A stretch of DNA of 64,000 nucleotides, taken from NCBI GenBank assembly GCA_003344405.1, contig NOWV01000002.1:1550001-1614000 (forward strand), read 5' to 3'. Within the stretch, counting starts at the first letter, position 1. Each line of letters opens with the position of its first letter. Origin of the DNA: Trichoplax sp. H2 (lineage: Eukaryota). The notes beneath the pieces are model-generated. The model made no database searches and was not told the DNA's origin. It saw only the letters and a list, made by a program, of their open reading frames with translations. Below are positions 1-13,800 of the stretch, piece by piece. The position numbers were made by a program, and so were the translations under genes.

Positions 1-1337
1 ATTCCTTTCGAAACCGGCAATGCTAAAAATAAATTAAAATTACACAATAGATGATTTTATTTCATCGAGACTATAAGTATGCAATTAAAAGATTGCTAGT
101 TAATTTCTTATAGATACAATTCGATTAGAAAATTATTAAATGAGAAACTAAAATTGTGAAATTTGGTAATTGTATTTAAGATAAAATAATGGAAAGATAT
201 TTAAATTTGTATAGTATCTTAACTATAATTATGTTATTAAAAGATTGCTAACTAATCTTTATAGACATATGTCGGTTAGTAAATATCAAATAACAAACTA
301 AAAACAGCGACGTTTGATAATAGCATTTAAGGTAAAATAATAGCAAGATATATTAAATTTTTTATAAAACTATCGTATAATACAGTATCCTTGTCGTTAT
401 AATCGAAATAACGTTAACCTACAGCAGGCAAAAAATGAGTATGCTATACAGGTAGGAGGAAAATCACCTTGCGCAGCATTTGTTCCGTTTTTTGTAGGTC
501 GAAATCTCTCGCTAGATAATTTTTTAATCATAAAATTTGATTTATAATATTACTATGTAAAAATTTTCATCATATTTATGTAGTCGTTACAACTTGAAGT
601 AATTTTCCTATCCTAGTTATTTTACTTAATTTCAATGGATTAGCCGAGACTGAGAATGTATCAGTGGCTACATTCTTGATTAATCAGAATCTACCAACGG
701 CGACAGATAATAGTTCAATATAGCTAACCTCTAAGCCATCTCAACATGTAATAATCGTCTTCGAGTTCTTCTTGTGTAAGAATGTTTTCAACGTTTTGGC
801 GAAACTGTAGAAAATGAAACGGTCGTCAAGTACAAGTATATCGTGAATTGATGACAGTTGATTAAAAAGGATTAAACGATATCATTTGAATAAATGGTTT
901 TATTATGACTTGTTTATGGCGTGTTGCAATTTTTATTAGGGTCTAGTTTAAGAAACTATAAAATGTATTAAGTCGGTTTTCTACAGTTTGCTACAGATTG
1001 ATTTTAAATAAAGCGATAATTGTAAATCAATAATGATAGATGAGATGTTTTAGTAATCAATCTATTTGTCGAAGCAATGGCAAATTAATGAAGTCCTTTA
1101 AAAGTTAAGTTAAGTTATCTTAATTTAATGATTATTACGTCTATTTATGCAATTTATTGAAATGAACGAAAACTTTGTCCTTACTCGCTTTGTAAAGTAA
1201 ACTAATAAAAGCAAATTATCTTCTATATCTCGATTGAAATAACGTATTTTTCAGTAACATTTTAATCTATTATAAAATCTCACCTTATTCAATGTTTCTT
1301 GCTGATACGTGCTCAGATTACCAACATGGCCACTCAT
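1..1337 (-). CDS. SEC14-like lipid-binding protein (SEC14L2/3/4 type), copy A; 5' part only, continues past the window start
   Basis: Hand-spliced exons 1284-1337 (MSGHVGNLSTYQQETLNK), 729-804 (FRQNVENILTQEELEDDYYMLRWLR), 468-511 (ARDFDLQKTEQMLRK) and 1-22 (HCRFRKE...). GT-AG boundaries; matches the SEC14L2-type N-terminal motif DDYFLLRWLRAR.FDL.KSE.ML. Confidence 0.9.
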
Positions 1338-3981
1338 CTTTTATGACTATGTATCGGATACTCTACATTTAAGGAAAACATGTAATTGACGATGAGCAAA
1401 TGCATTAAATAATAGCTTCTCTATTTCTGATGATAAGTCAGGTTGTGGCATTAAACTGTATCATCGATAGATGGACGTATAAAAATTGTGTTATTTCTAC
1501 TATCGTAAATGACGTATAGGAGATGTTGGTTCAATTATTTCATTCTTTATCCGCAGCAGCGTGTTAGATGTAAATAAATTTCCTTGGATAATAGATAGCT
1601 TGACATGTAAGGTAATAATGTTAAAACAAATTACATTCGTATAACTTGAGGGTGAAATAAAAAAATGAAGCAAATTCTAACTATAGAAAACATATCAGTG
1701 AGTATGATGGAATGTATAATAATCGATTAAAAATATCTCGGTCAAATTTAGAATGAAAAATTGTGTTTGAAGCGATTAGTTATAGAAATCTCTAGACTGA
1801 TAATAAACAAATGCCTTTGACAAATGATATTGTGAAAATGAATTAGACATATATTTTTGGTTAGATAAAATAATGAAATTTAGATAACTATCACTATTAG
1901 AATAACAATTTTATCTAATTGTTTAAAATACTTAATTTCTAAATTTTATTTTGTAATCAAAATGATTAGCTATGTTACAATTGACAAACTCCTATCAGGA
2001 ACTATTGGTTCAACGATGGGACGATACTGATGATCAATAATTCTTTTGACCGATTGGATATAGGCCAACGATTCATTTCCAATATGGTAACCATTCGTTA
2101 ATGATATTAAAGTACTCGTTCAATCAGTCAAGACGATCCATTTTGCTTCTAGACTAAATAACTATGAATCGAAAAGTGAATTTATCTTTGCCGCTACTAT
2201 CATAGAAACTTGAACGTAAAAACTTAATTGATTAAAGAGATGAAGATCCACTGAGAGAAAAAAATATATAGGCTTGTTGTTGACAAGAAGTATTCATGTT
2301 CACTAGTTTCTTCTAAGCGTTGACTTACATATTCCTTCAAGATGATGTCGACGCTGCAAGTAAATCGATCAATAATTCTGTCAAGTTGGGCGTAATAGAA
2401 TCACAATCAATGGAACGTTCAAGAGGGCTTTTATCCAATCTTAGATTCTTGCAATAATAACGCCATATATATTGTGATAGACTTTGACGTATATATGATC
2501 AATCTTATAATGGCTTTGACAGCACTATTATTCGATAGTAAATGCTTATGAGAATAGCGATTGTATTACTTATTACAGCATCTCGTATCTTCGACAAGAA
2601 TGCATTGTAATGCCAAATAGGCTATATTCTTTCTCTACAATTGCAATGGTCAATCCAACAAAGGCGATCAATGTATATGCCACTCTGTACTACACTAAAT
2701 ACGATATTATGCAATTACTTGGACATACATTCGAATCAATCAATAAGCCGTTGTTTCTTCTATTTTCTAACTATGGTTTGAATAATTTACACCTTTACAG
2801 TACAGCTCAACGATAGCATATGAGCGAAGTTTATAGACAGATGGAAAAGGGAGGACATAGCGTATCCCGACTATGTTATGTAGCAGTACAGTTCGAAGGA
2901 TCTATGAATATGTACAGTATACCGGAGACAATACGAACCGTTTTCTCCATCCAAAATTGGTAATTGGTAGTCCAAATACGTATGGGGTAATATTGCATAT
3001 TTGCCTATATCGCTACGCTATACGAAAAGACTGTAATAATTGGGAGCGAATCGTTGTTGTAACCGCCATGGTCTGTTCTGTAGTCTGAAACTCCTACTAG
3101 CGAATTAATTACAGAATAACAGAGTTCCGAGCAATCACAAATACATCTTATAGATCGATTGTTTACAGTCAAAGTTGAACTTAGTCTGCCAGAATAGTAG
3201 TTCAGAGTTCATTCAATCATAAAATAGCCTAAAGTGTATCATGTCAAATTTTACTACAAACTAGTAGATCATGTAAATGACAAGTATACCCAAGTATACA
3301 CTTTTAACCAGTAAACAAGTACTTCTAAAAGTTTTGAACTATAATAACCTGCTTATCTATCGTTAATACAAATACTCCATTGCAGTTTTTAAACCGGCAA
3401 TATAATGTTTTAATAGCCTGTGATTACGTCGATATAGAAGTAAAAAAAACTCTCTCATAAAGTACAAATTGATATGTTTAAGTAACCGCCTATATTAATG
3501 AACACTTTATACGTGAAATCATAGCTCGTCTAATCATTTGCTATCATATTTTGAATCATGGATATAAAATATTTATATGTAGTCCATTTTGCTAACTATA
3601 AACTACGCTAAAGAATTAATTTAATAGTCTACTGATAATACTGTAATTCATTCAAGAGTATTTACGCAATAATAAAAAAATATTATACAAAGCTGTAACA
3701 AGGAAGAAAGCGTGACCGTACATAGGTCTTTGAATACAAGCAAAGTACCGATAGCATCCGTATTCTCTGAAACTATTTCGGTACGAAATAGTTACAGATT
3801 ACGATATGAATATTCTTAAACGCTCATAATTATATCGCATATTTAACGATTAAGCCACTCGATTCTTGAAACTTAGTTTGTAGAAAACATTCCTCAGTCA
3901 ATATCAACTGATTTGCTTTGTAGATCTATTATCCTGATTTCCAGACTACAAAGATTAATACAGCTATTGGCATTTCTGTAG

Positions 3982-4001
3982 NNNNNNNNNNNNNNNNNNN
4001 N
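3982..4001. other. Assembly gap (20 N); a 148-bp sequence just before it (3834-3981) recurs at 4225-4372
   Basis: Run of n; identical 148-bp segments on both sides of the gap. Confidence 0.95.
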
Positions 4002-4459
4002 TTAAGACGCTTAACCTTCGTCCATATACAGCTCAATTTTTAGAGATTAACACACCTTATAAACCTACAGTAAATTAACTGCTAACAACTTCTATTTTTA
4101 TCTCATTTCTACCATCCTATTATCAGCTACAAGCGCATTAAAACATAGCACATAACCTTATCTTATCTATTCATAAGCATTCATTAATTTACAGTTACTT
4201 AATTAGTAACGGCGTACCGTGACAATCGCATATTTAACGATTAAGCCACTCGATTCTTGAAACTTAGTTTGTAGAAAACATTCCTCAGTCAATATCAACT
4301 GATTTGCTTTGTAGATCTATTATCCTGATTTCCAGACTACAAAGATTAATACAGCTATTGGCATTTCTGTAGAAACTGCTCGTTTCAATAATGCAACATA
4401 AAGAGCTGATTCTATTTTAATATTACAATTTCGAAATAGGTATAAATCGCTTATTAGTT

Positions 4460-7400
4460 TTATTCACCATTTTCATTCACTATTGGCTTATCGGATAAAG
4501 AATTGTTTAATTCTATATCAAAGTTGTTCGGTACGGCTTCATCCGGTGGCAAAACTTCAATGATGTAATACAATTTTTTGCTCGTTATCCAACTAAAGCT
4601 GTTGTCGAAATGCAGGATATCTAGTGTGTATGAACGTAAATTATTTTCAAAGACAAAAGGACGTTTGTACGCAACAATAACAACGACTTTTATTAATTAC
4701 GGAATAAGTACAATAAAATTAAATCAACAGCAGCTAAGAACAAGTTCATGAAATATATATATACATACATGTACCAGGATCTTCACAAAGGTAACTGCCC
4801 TCTTCGATTACGATTTGACAATTACGTCTTATAACGGGAATCTTGATTATGATTACCAAGTAATAATTTTGTAACGAAAAGTGTTCATATTAGCTCTTAC
4901 TGAAATGTTAATGCATGGCAACTCGATACGTTGTAGAATTATTTCGAACGTGTGATTTTGATTCTTACCACTTCGTAATTTTCTTCACTTCCATCATCAT
5001 TTCTAAATACCTTTATAACACCGAATCCAATGTTGTAATAGTCTGTTTTAAATTCCCATCTAATGGCAAACAGGAAGGATGAGAAAACACATTGTATTTG
5101 TATCACATTGCTATCTAGCCGTCTTTATAATAGAGCGAATCTAATTTGGAATTATTAAATTATACTGCTTTTCCACATATGATACTACGATCACTAATAA
5201 TAAGGAAATAAAGTATGGAATTAGGCACAAAGCGAACCGTTACTCTGAAGCTTACTTTAATAACGCACCAGAAGTTTCAATATTGTAATTTAATTTTAAA
5301 GAATCCCCTCTAGCAATTACTACCGAAGAATAATCGTCCAAAGGGCGGGCAGATTCTTTAATTAGTTCAGAGCGATAAAGAGACTGTGGGACATTGCCAC
5401 CGGATCCAACCTACTCAATTGATAGTACCAAAAATAGCAGCATAGCTGAGATCTCTTCTTGACTAAATAGGTATTGGTTTATTAAGGTACTACTGCAAAT
5501 AGAGGCAATAAGTAAGCACTAACTATTGCAGAGCAATGTGGATCGCCATTTTCATCGGTAAGATTACCGCCAAGAGCTTTGGGAATGAAATCCTTATCGA
5601 CGTATTGCTCAAGTATTTGCAGATGATCAGCTAAGGTCCACAATTATAGTGGTAATCAATTTTAAAACATGTTATTAGTAGAGGTAAGAAATTTGCAAAA
5701 GTTGCTGAGCTTTAGAATGCTTAAGATCAACTAAATAGTGTCATTACATCCCAAAACTTTCATTTTTTCTTTCGTTTTCTGGCTAAGGAACGGTTTCATG
5801 ATTGCAAACATGATATAGAAAATTCGTGGAGCTACGATCATAAAGTAGACAGAAGCATAAAATCGTTCTTGTCAAGTTTTTCGGAATAAATATGGCGCAG
5901 TAAATACACACAGTCATATGAGTTTGCTTTATTGAAAAAAGTTAGCACTTAGGATTATACGTACCATTAATGATAAAGGCATGTTTCATAAATTCCGGAT
6001 AGTTATCCTCAAACATTCCTAACACCTATAAAGAATGTTATCTTCATTACTTGCGTAAAATTTAACATGCTTTAATACAAACAGTTTTGAATAGACTACT
6101 ATGTATGATTACACATTGTACTCAGTGCAAGCTCAGTTTGTGATATTCCATACAGCATTTATCTACCTTAGTAAAGTGGGTCATTGCTAAAAGTTAAAGA
6201 ATCAAATTAGAAAAAGATGGGTTAAAATCGTACATTAAATTACGTTTTATTTTCTACCCCACCTGGTTTATAAAATCCAGTCATAGGCATGCCTGCCATA
6301 TCTTCAATAACTGTTACACCTTCTATTCTTTTTCCAAGCTAAGCAAAGGATAAAGTTATGAACCAGCAGCATTTGCAAATCAATTTGATAAGATATTAAT
6401 ACAGTATAGCTAACTTATAACGAAGGCATAATTTCTGCAAAACCCAATCTAGCAATTCGTTACCTTTTTGCTCTGCCGTTCACATAACTGCATGCCTTTT
6501 TCCGCTACCGCTAAAGCATGTTTAGTTATTTCGTCTGCTTTCATAGATAAAAAGACGCCTGTAATTTAATCGGTAACGACGTTCATATTAAGATTATTAC
6601 TCGTTTTACAATCACGATGTTATAATAAGCTACAGAAAATAATTTATTAACTTATCCATGTAATTCACAAGAGCAGCTGACCTTTAACATCAAATTTGCC
6701 AATATTTAGCAAGAATATGGGTGCTTCATCTTTATCATATCCTATATAATCTCCAGGATAGTAGGTACGCCAAAGCTATAACGCAGAGAAAATACTCGCG
6801 TTAGATTACTATGTTGAATCCATTCTAGTTTAAACCACATTATCTTCAATAACAAGTGATGGTGCTTGCCAATGTACCGTATTGTTCGCTTATCAGTTTA
6901 TAGGATAATGCAACTAGCAAAGAAAACTCTTACCTCAGGAACATTGTCCTTTGCGACTAATCTATCAATCTTCCATTCTTTACGAAATCGACAATTCTGC
7001 AAAGTTATGCATGTGTACGTTAGTTATCACATTTGCACAAGTAAATCACAGTAGATCATTATAATATACAAATTCGGCTATATCGCAACATACGCTTATA
7101 GCATATTAATATTAAATTTATAAACGCCAGCAAAATAATACCAGGAACTACTAAAGAGAAAGAGGGGATAGGAAACGGTCGTTCATTATACTAATAATGT
7201 GGAGGCTGATTATTTTACTGCCATTTCAACTGTATCGCATGTCTACAGTGGTACACTATACTATCCACTATTCGCATCCAAATTAGCTGCAAACTGCTGC
7301 TAAGTTAGCTAGAGCAGTATGGGCATAAGGTTTCATTGATACCATATAATAGAATGACTGGAAAAATGATCAGCCTCCATATTATTTCGTACTGGAAGTG

Positions 7401-8180
7401 TCTTCCAGTCCTCTCTTTATTTTTTGGGAGTCCCTGGTAATACCTTAATTACCAAGTTAAAATTTAGCTAAGTATACGTATTCACAGTTGAAATAAAGAA
7501 GTCTAGTGTATACTATAACATACCTTCTTTAGCATTTCTTCTGATTTTTGTAAATTGAAATCTCGGGCTAAAATTAATTGGAAGTCTATTTATAGATACC
7601 GCTTACAGTGTAGGTTTGGCATGCTACATAATTATGGCTAATTGTTGACTTTAGATATTAATAGTACATTGGTTAAGTATTCGATTAGTAACAAATTTTA
7701 CAGTAATTGATGATTAAGAATTTGGAAATGCAAACGTAGACTCTAACTGCAGAAAAATCGCTTTTAGATCTACTAGATAACATGTTTGTAAATTTCAATA
7801 GCTGATATTTTGACAAGTATGTAGTCTTGAATCCTGACCTCTCAGCCATCTCAGCAAGAAGTAATCGTCATCTAGCTCTTCTGGTGGCAAGATATTGGTG
7901 AATCTGAGGCGAAACTACACAAGTAGTTAATATTTATGTTCAATGAATGTGACGTCTATTGATATTTTCGATTTTAGTCAACGCTAAGTGATATAGGCCA
8001 TATGAAAACATGAATACATTCCATAACATATAGTATAGCCCAATCATTAACTATATAACTTATCGATAGAAAATCGCGAAAATTGTAAAGATCAATAGCA
8101 TCTTGAGTCGTTCGAGAATAATTTACTTTATCTAATGCTTCTTGTTGCTGTAGACTTAGGTTACCAACATGACCACTCAT
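4460..8180 (-). CDS. SEC14-like protein (CRAL-TRIO + GOLD), copy B, 15 coding exons, ~417 aa
   Basis: Exons 8127-8180, 7839-7914, 7524-7567, 6934-6996, 6682-6775, 6464-6558, 6263-6338, 6167-6186, 5965-6025, 5748-5831, 5524-5630, 5256-5410, 4969-5059, 4769-4841, 4460-4620 splice in frame (1254 nt). Motifs FEDNYPE, KPFLSQKTKEKMKVLG, GGNLTDENGDPHC, WEFKTD..NIGFG, DPGTYILHFDNSFSW. Confidence 0.93.
7141..7437. mobile_element. MITE-like non-autonomous DNA element in intron 3 of SEC14L copy B
   Basis: Imperfect ~90-bp terminal inverted repeats (CCAGG...CCTGG; internal TGGAGGCTGAT / ATCAGCCTCCA), flanked on both sides by TAATA (7136-7140, 7438-7442). The equivalent introns of copies C and D are only ~85 bp. 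Confidence 0.7.
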
Positions 8181-9033
8181 CTTTTTGAGCTAGTTGCATA
8201 AGAAAATGTTGAATTAAATATTCAGTTCAGCACTACCTTAATAATTACTCCTTCTTTCTGCATACAGTAAATTAGTTTCATGCTTCTTATTTTCAAAAAC
8301 AACGTTACCATTCATTGAAATGATAAATAACAAGACATGATGCTATTTCCTTAGCTGATAAAGGCTATACATAATGCTTCGCAGACATGATGATGTATCA
8401 GTGATACATTTCAGATAGCTGTTATGTACATAACATACTGTCATAAATCTCTGAGCTATGTTTCTTACTAATCTTTGTATATTTTATTTTATACTATTAA
8501 TGATCTTAGACTGAATAATTGCATAATCTTATTTGTAACATTTTAGCTGAGTTGTCGTCCTACTATTGGCTCATGTTACCTAAATCTGTTCTAGTTGGTG
8601 TGCATGCTTAGTAGATATAAATAGTAATATATTGTATACTTGGAGAAGATAGAGTGGAGGCTACGATAAAGAGTAGAAGAACCGGATAAAAGTCTGGACG
8701 AAGACAAGTGTAGTCTCTTTGATGCGAGATTACCAAGTTACGAATCTCGATTTATAACAATGGCCTAAACCTATACTGGATCAGTCTGATCCTGAGATCC
8801 TCCATTTTCTCAATAAACAACAGTTGAAAATTCTATATTACCACTATTCAGTACTGTACTAAGCTAAAGTATTGTATGCAATCTGCATTTTGTAAGATAG
8901 CCGACAATCTACGAATATTCAGTTCTGTACCATAAATCAAGTATGCGGCACAATCTACATTTTGTAAGATGGTCAATTTTCTAGCCAAATACGTACAATA
9001 AACACCCTTGATTTCCTACAATATAAGTCGATG

Positions 9034-9420
9034 GTAAGCTTACGCTCGCTCTTGAGGCTAGCCGCCTTTGGGTAAATCAGTCCAAATTAGGTTAAGTTCA
9101 GCAAGCGTTTGATTCAGCTTGGAACGGAATATGACCAGCACTATTGAATGGAAAAAAATTCGATCCTTCCTGAGGAAAGAAAACTCAACCCAGAGTTGGA
9201 TTGCTCTATGTTCAATTTGCAAGACAGGGCGAGGAGATAACGCCTTGATGATATAAATACGCAATATCAGTAGATACAAAGGTGATGGAAATAATCAACT
9301 TGGCAGTTGTTTCCAGATCAGAAAGATAGGAAATGGAAGAGACCTCTACAGCTCTTGCAGCAACAATTCCACCGTTTGTAAACAGAAGGGCGGGCACCTC
9401 CCTCGCTGACTTTTCTAAAG
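9034..9420 (+). ncRNA. Candidate structured non-coding RNA element, copy 1
   Basis: GC-richer island without a credible ORF. Closing stem 9054-9069/9386-9400, many internal hairpins, TTTT at 9411. Paralogous to 14720-15090 with compensatory substitutions. Strand inferred only from G-U pairs. Confidence 0.45.
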
Positions 9421-9451
9421 TACAGTACGGTGTTTAGTATGAACGTTACGA

Positions 9452-9600
9452 TGACGTCATGGCTTACCGTATTGCGCAAGGGACTCTAATAAGGACTGAA
9501 AGTCTTGAAAGCTCATTCAGTGGTCACGAGGTACAGTACAGTACGTCGCAATCATACTGTACACTGTACACTGTACGGTACGGTACTGCACCGTACAGTA
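9452..9600. promoter_or_regulatory. Putative promoter block: CRE palindrome, paralog-conserved motif and TACAGT/ACTGTA cluster
   Basis: TGACGTCA at 9452-9459; GAAAGTCTTGAAAGCTCATTCAGTGGTCACGAG at 9498-9530, conserved at 15228-15259; TACAGT/ACTGTA repeats at 9531-9600. Confidence 0.4.
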
Positions 9601-10833
9601 TGGAGTGCGTATTCAGACTACTATCCATTAATTATATTAATTATATATTATATTATATATTATAATATATTAATTTAATTTAATTAGCTGTCTCCGTATT
9701 AACAAAAATCAAGCGTAGCAAAGTTGCATCTCTATCATTCTTTTATTGCAGTGAAGTGCTTTGGAATAAAATTTTACTGCTACCAACAAAATATTGAAAA
9801 AGTTCTTGATGCTATTCTGTGCATGTTCCTATGAATAGACGGGGACCTCATTTTCTGCTTATTTCGTCTCTCATTGACACACTTTGAATACCTATGTTAT
9901 TCGAGCTAGAAATCAATGCACTTTGCAATACTGAACATGCAATGATTTCAACCAATGAATAAGAGAAATTTATGTATTTAAAATAACAAGTATTTATTTA
10001 TCGACTATACTGTATTTAACGCGATCGGTACGTTATAGCCTTAATCGATCTCTGTATTTAAATAGGTTACAGACTAGTTGCAATTTTTTATAACAGAGAC
10101 CAGTTAAATGAAGCAGAAAAATATCGCGGATTCGTTAATGTTAACCAATGATAATTGAAATATCTTATCCTTGCTAAGGGGCGTATCCAGCTATTGGATA
10201 GCAATGAAGAAACTCATGCCCGCACTATACAGTGAATAATTGCTAATCTGGTAAATTATTTTAATAGTTCATAATCAGAAGCAGCGACACAGATATTTGT
10301 ATCTTCATGAGTTTTTTAACGTAATTATACATAAAAAAATAAACCAATACTGATATTACAGGCTATACTAATAGAAAATAGAGGGTATAAGTAATTACAA
10401 ATAACGCGTGGAACATCCTTCTCATAGTCAATGGAAATAAGGAAATATGGCTTTAATTATGCCTTCGAGTAAAAATAAAACACTGCGCTTGAGTTTACGA
10501 AATTAATTACATGAAATCTGAAAAGTAGCGAGTTACTTATCATATAAATGAACATAAATTTATTTGATTACATATAATCCTGCTATAACTGATCTATTAA
10601 TATTCCTCTTTAAATTCGATACCGTATGCTACAAAGTATTGACGTCAATTAATGCAGCCTATCGTCTAGCATCCTACCTAAGGAGAATACTGATTGCTAT
10701 TGCATAGTAATTTCGTATTTTCATATGAGGCGCACAAAATGAAAATTTATCTTGTATTCCCTAATAGTTACAACATACTAAATTGCTCCTGACTTTTTAT
10801 TCTTGTAATGCCAAAAAATGAATCCATGATTAA

Positions 10834-13800
10834 TTAATTTTGGTCACTATTTCCATTGACAGTTGCCTTATCTAATGGAGAGTCCGTATCTAGTTTCTCA
10901 GGCATAGTTTCATCTGCTGGTACAACTTCGATAATGTAGTGCAAATTTTTGCTCCTAATCCAACTGAAGCTATTATCGAAATGCAAAATATCTAAAATAT
11001 AAATAAATACTTGATTTTAATTGCATCATCTTTCATATATAGTATCTATTACGGCTACACAAATGTTTTCAAAATACTACGTATATAACTATAGTGATTT
11101 AATCTACTTATGAGGATATGTGCTAATAAAGTTTGGTAACTGGATTCAGGACGCGTATATTTAAAATAAAAGTTACTTACACGTTCCAGGATCTTCGCAT
11201 AGGTAACTACCTTCTTCCAGTACAATTTGACAGTTTCTTCGCATAACAGGAATCTTGGTACAAATTTTAAAGTAGTACAATTAAATGAATTAATAGTAAT
11301 CTTTGCTTGAAACTGACATAGAATGATATCTAAACCGTTTTAGATATATCAGAATACATGTACATCCTTTATTCTTACCACTTCGTAATTTTCTTCACTT
11401 CCATCATCGCTCTTAATCACTTTTATAACACCAAATCCGATATTACGATACTCCGTTTTAAATTCCCATCTATGGATGGAATAGAACAGAAGTGAAAAAA
11501 CATCAGCATTCCATGCCAGTATATGAAGGTGAGCTATTAACGCTTGAAGAAATATCATAGAGTTTAAGCTTACTTTAAAAGAGTACCGGAATCTTCAATA
11601 TCGTAATTTAATTTTAATGAGTCTCCTCGAGCAATGACTACTGATGTAAAGTCTTCTAAAGGGCGAGCAGATTCTTTAAGCAGCTCAGAGCGATAATAAG
11701 ATATTGGAACTTCACCGCCATGTCCAATCTATTTCATTAAGTAATTGTGATGCCAAAAATGACAGAATATGCATTTAAGATCTCTGTTAAGGCATCAAAT
11801 AAGAAATTAGCAAAACTAGCGTAATGATCATAAAAATCACTAACCATCGCAATGCAATTTGGATCGCCGTTTTCATCGACAAGATTACCGCCTACAGCTT
11901 TCGGTATAACGTCTTTATCAACATATTCCATGAGTACTTGAGCATAATTAGCTAGATAGAACCATCGTAATGGTAATCCATTTCGATATGTCATTTGAAG
12001 GCAGTAAAGATTACACCTATTATAAATTGAAGCTGTTCAAATGAATAAAAATGATCATAATTACATCCTAAAATTCGCATTTTTTCTTTCGTTTTCTGGC
12101 TAAGAAAGGGTTTTATGATGGAGAACATGATGTAAAAAATTCGAGGAGCTATATGTAAATGAGCAGAAATAAAAATTAGTGTATATCGAATAACTTGGAA
12201 CGAATGTATACCGTATTAAATAGGTTGAAATAATACACTCGTACACATTTCTAAAAAAGATTGTATTATTTGAGCACTTTCTATAAATATGCCATCATGT
12301 AACAGTATATCATTATACCATTAACGACAAAAACATGTTTCATGAATTCTGGATAATTGTCTTCTAGGATTCCTAACACCTACGAAGAATATCAATACGA
12401 TTTATTATCAAAATGTGTTCAACAAATAACTGTAAATTTGATCACAAGTTCTTCTTTTGCTAAGTGGTAGCTCAGCTGTGGTATTTAATAGTAAATTATC
12501 TACCTTGGTAAAGTAGGCTATCGCTACAATGGATAAATTAAAAGATTAGCACGTTAATCTTTACAATTAACGACGAAACAACTCTAGACCAAGTTTCGAT
12601 AAATTACAGAGCAAATAGACTATGTTTAAAAGTTTTGCCTGGTCTATAAAATCCGGTCAACTGCATATCGGCCATATTTTCAATAATTGTTACACCTTCT
12701 ACTCTTTTTCCGAGCTAAGAAGAGAATAAAGTAATGCACACAATGTTCGTACCTTCTCTTACAGGAAAATATAGCTGACTAATAGTAGTCATTTGAACTA
12801 CAATGAATTTGTTTAATGAATTACTATCAGCTCGTACCTTCTTGCTCTGTTCGGCACATAATTGCATGCCTTTTTCCGGCACTGCTAAGGTGTATTTTGT
12901 TAATTCCTCGGACTTCAAGGATAAATATAGACCTAAAATCGATAATGATACACAAGAAAATTGCTGTTTGTCACAGTTGTAAAGGTAAAGTTCTTTCAAG
13001 ATATAATTAAATTATCTCGTCGTACATTTCATAGATATGTCTAACCTTTCACATCAAACTTGCCTACATTAACATAGAATAAAGGCGCTCCATCTTTATC
13101 GTATCCTATGTAATTTCCAGGATAGTAATTGCGCCAAAACTATAATTTATTATTTGAAATGTTATTGCTTCTAAAAGTATGAAAATGATCTCATCTAGTT
13201 CACCTTTAGCTCCCTCATTGATTGTAATAATTGATAATGTTATACAGCTAATTTTAGACTATATGAATACAACAATAAAGTACAACAGTATTGTTACCTC
13301 AGGCAAGTCGTCTTCCGCGACCAGTTTATCAATTTTCCATTCCTTACGAAATCGGCAATGCTGCAAGAGATTATATGTACGTGTGGGCATGTACGTTATC
13401 ATAATTAAATTCGTTATGACTACAAATAGTATACAGATACACGGTACCTGCTTTAACATTTGTTCCGATTTTTGCAAATCAAAGTTTCGCGCTAGCATTC
13501 GATTGGAAATACATACAATATCGTTAGAATATAGCTGTATATGTCTCAGGGGCATAAGGTAGTCATCAGAGAATATGATTGGCCGATTATATGCTGTACT
13601 AGAGGTATCGTAAATACCAAACAAATCAGAAACGACTCCTTTATATCCAAAAATTACATGTCAAATTCTGTATATTAATAGTAATATTTTCTACTAAAGT
13701 GTAAAAGGCGAAACTTCAGCAGTTGAAGTTGTACATGTAAATCTTGCAATATATCATTCATTCTTACCTCTTAGCCATCTTAGCAGGAAATAATCATCAT

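Noticed and set aside
3834..4372. 148-bp identical direct repeat around the N gap
   Set aside because: Identical and abutting a gap; most likely a contig-overlap or haplotype assembly artefact.
9084..9100. TTAGGTTAAG as a telomerase RNA template (minus strand TTAACCTAA)
   Set aside because: It would template TTAGG rather than TTAGGG, lies on the strand disfavoured by the G-U pairs, and no pseudoknot or H/ACA domain was identified.
9115..9625. Short resemblances to vertebrate RNase P RNA (AGCTTGGAAC, GAAAGCTCATTCAGTGG, ATTCAGACTACT)
   Set aside because: The pieces are out of order and separated by low-complexity TACAGT repeats; no coherent P1-P4 core can be built.
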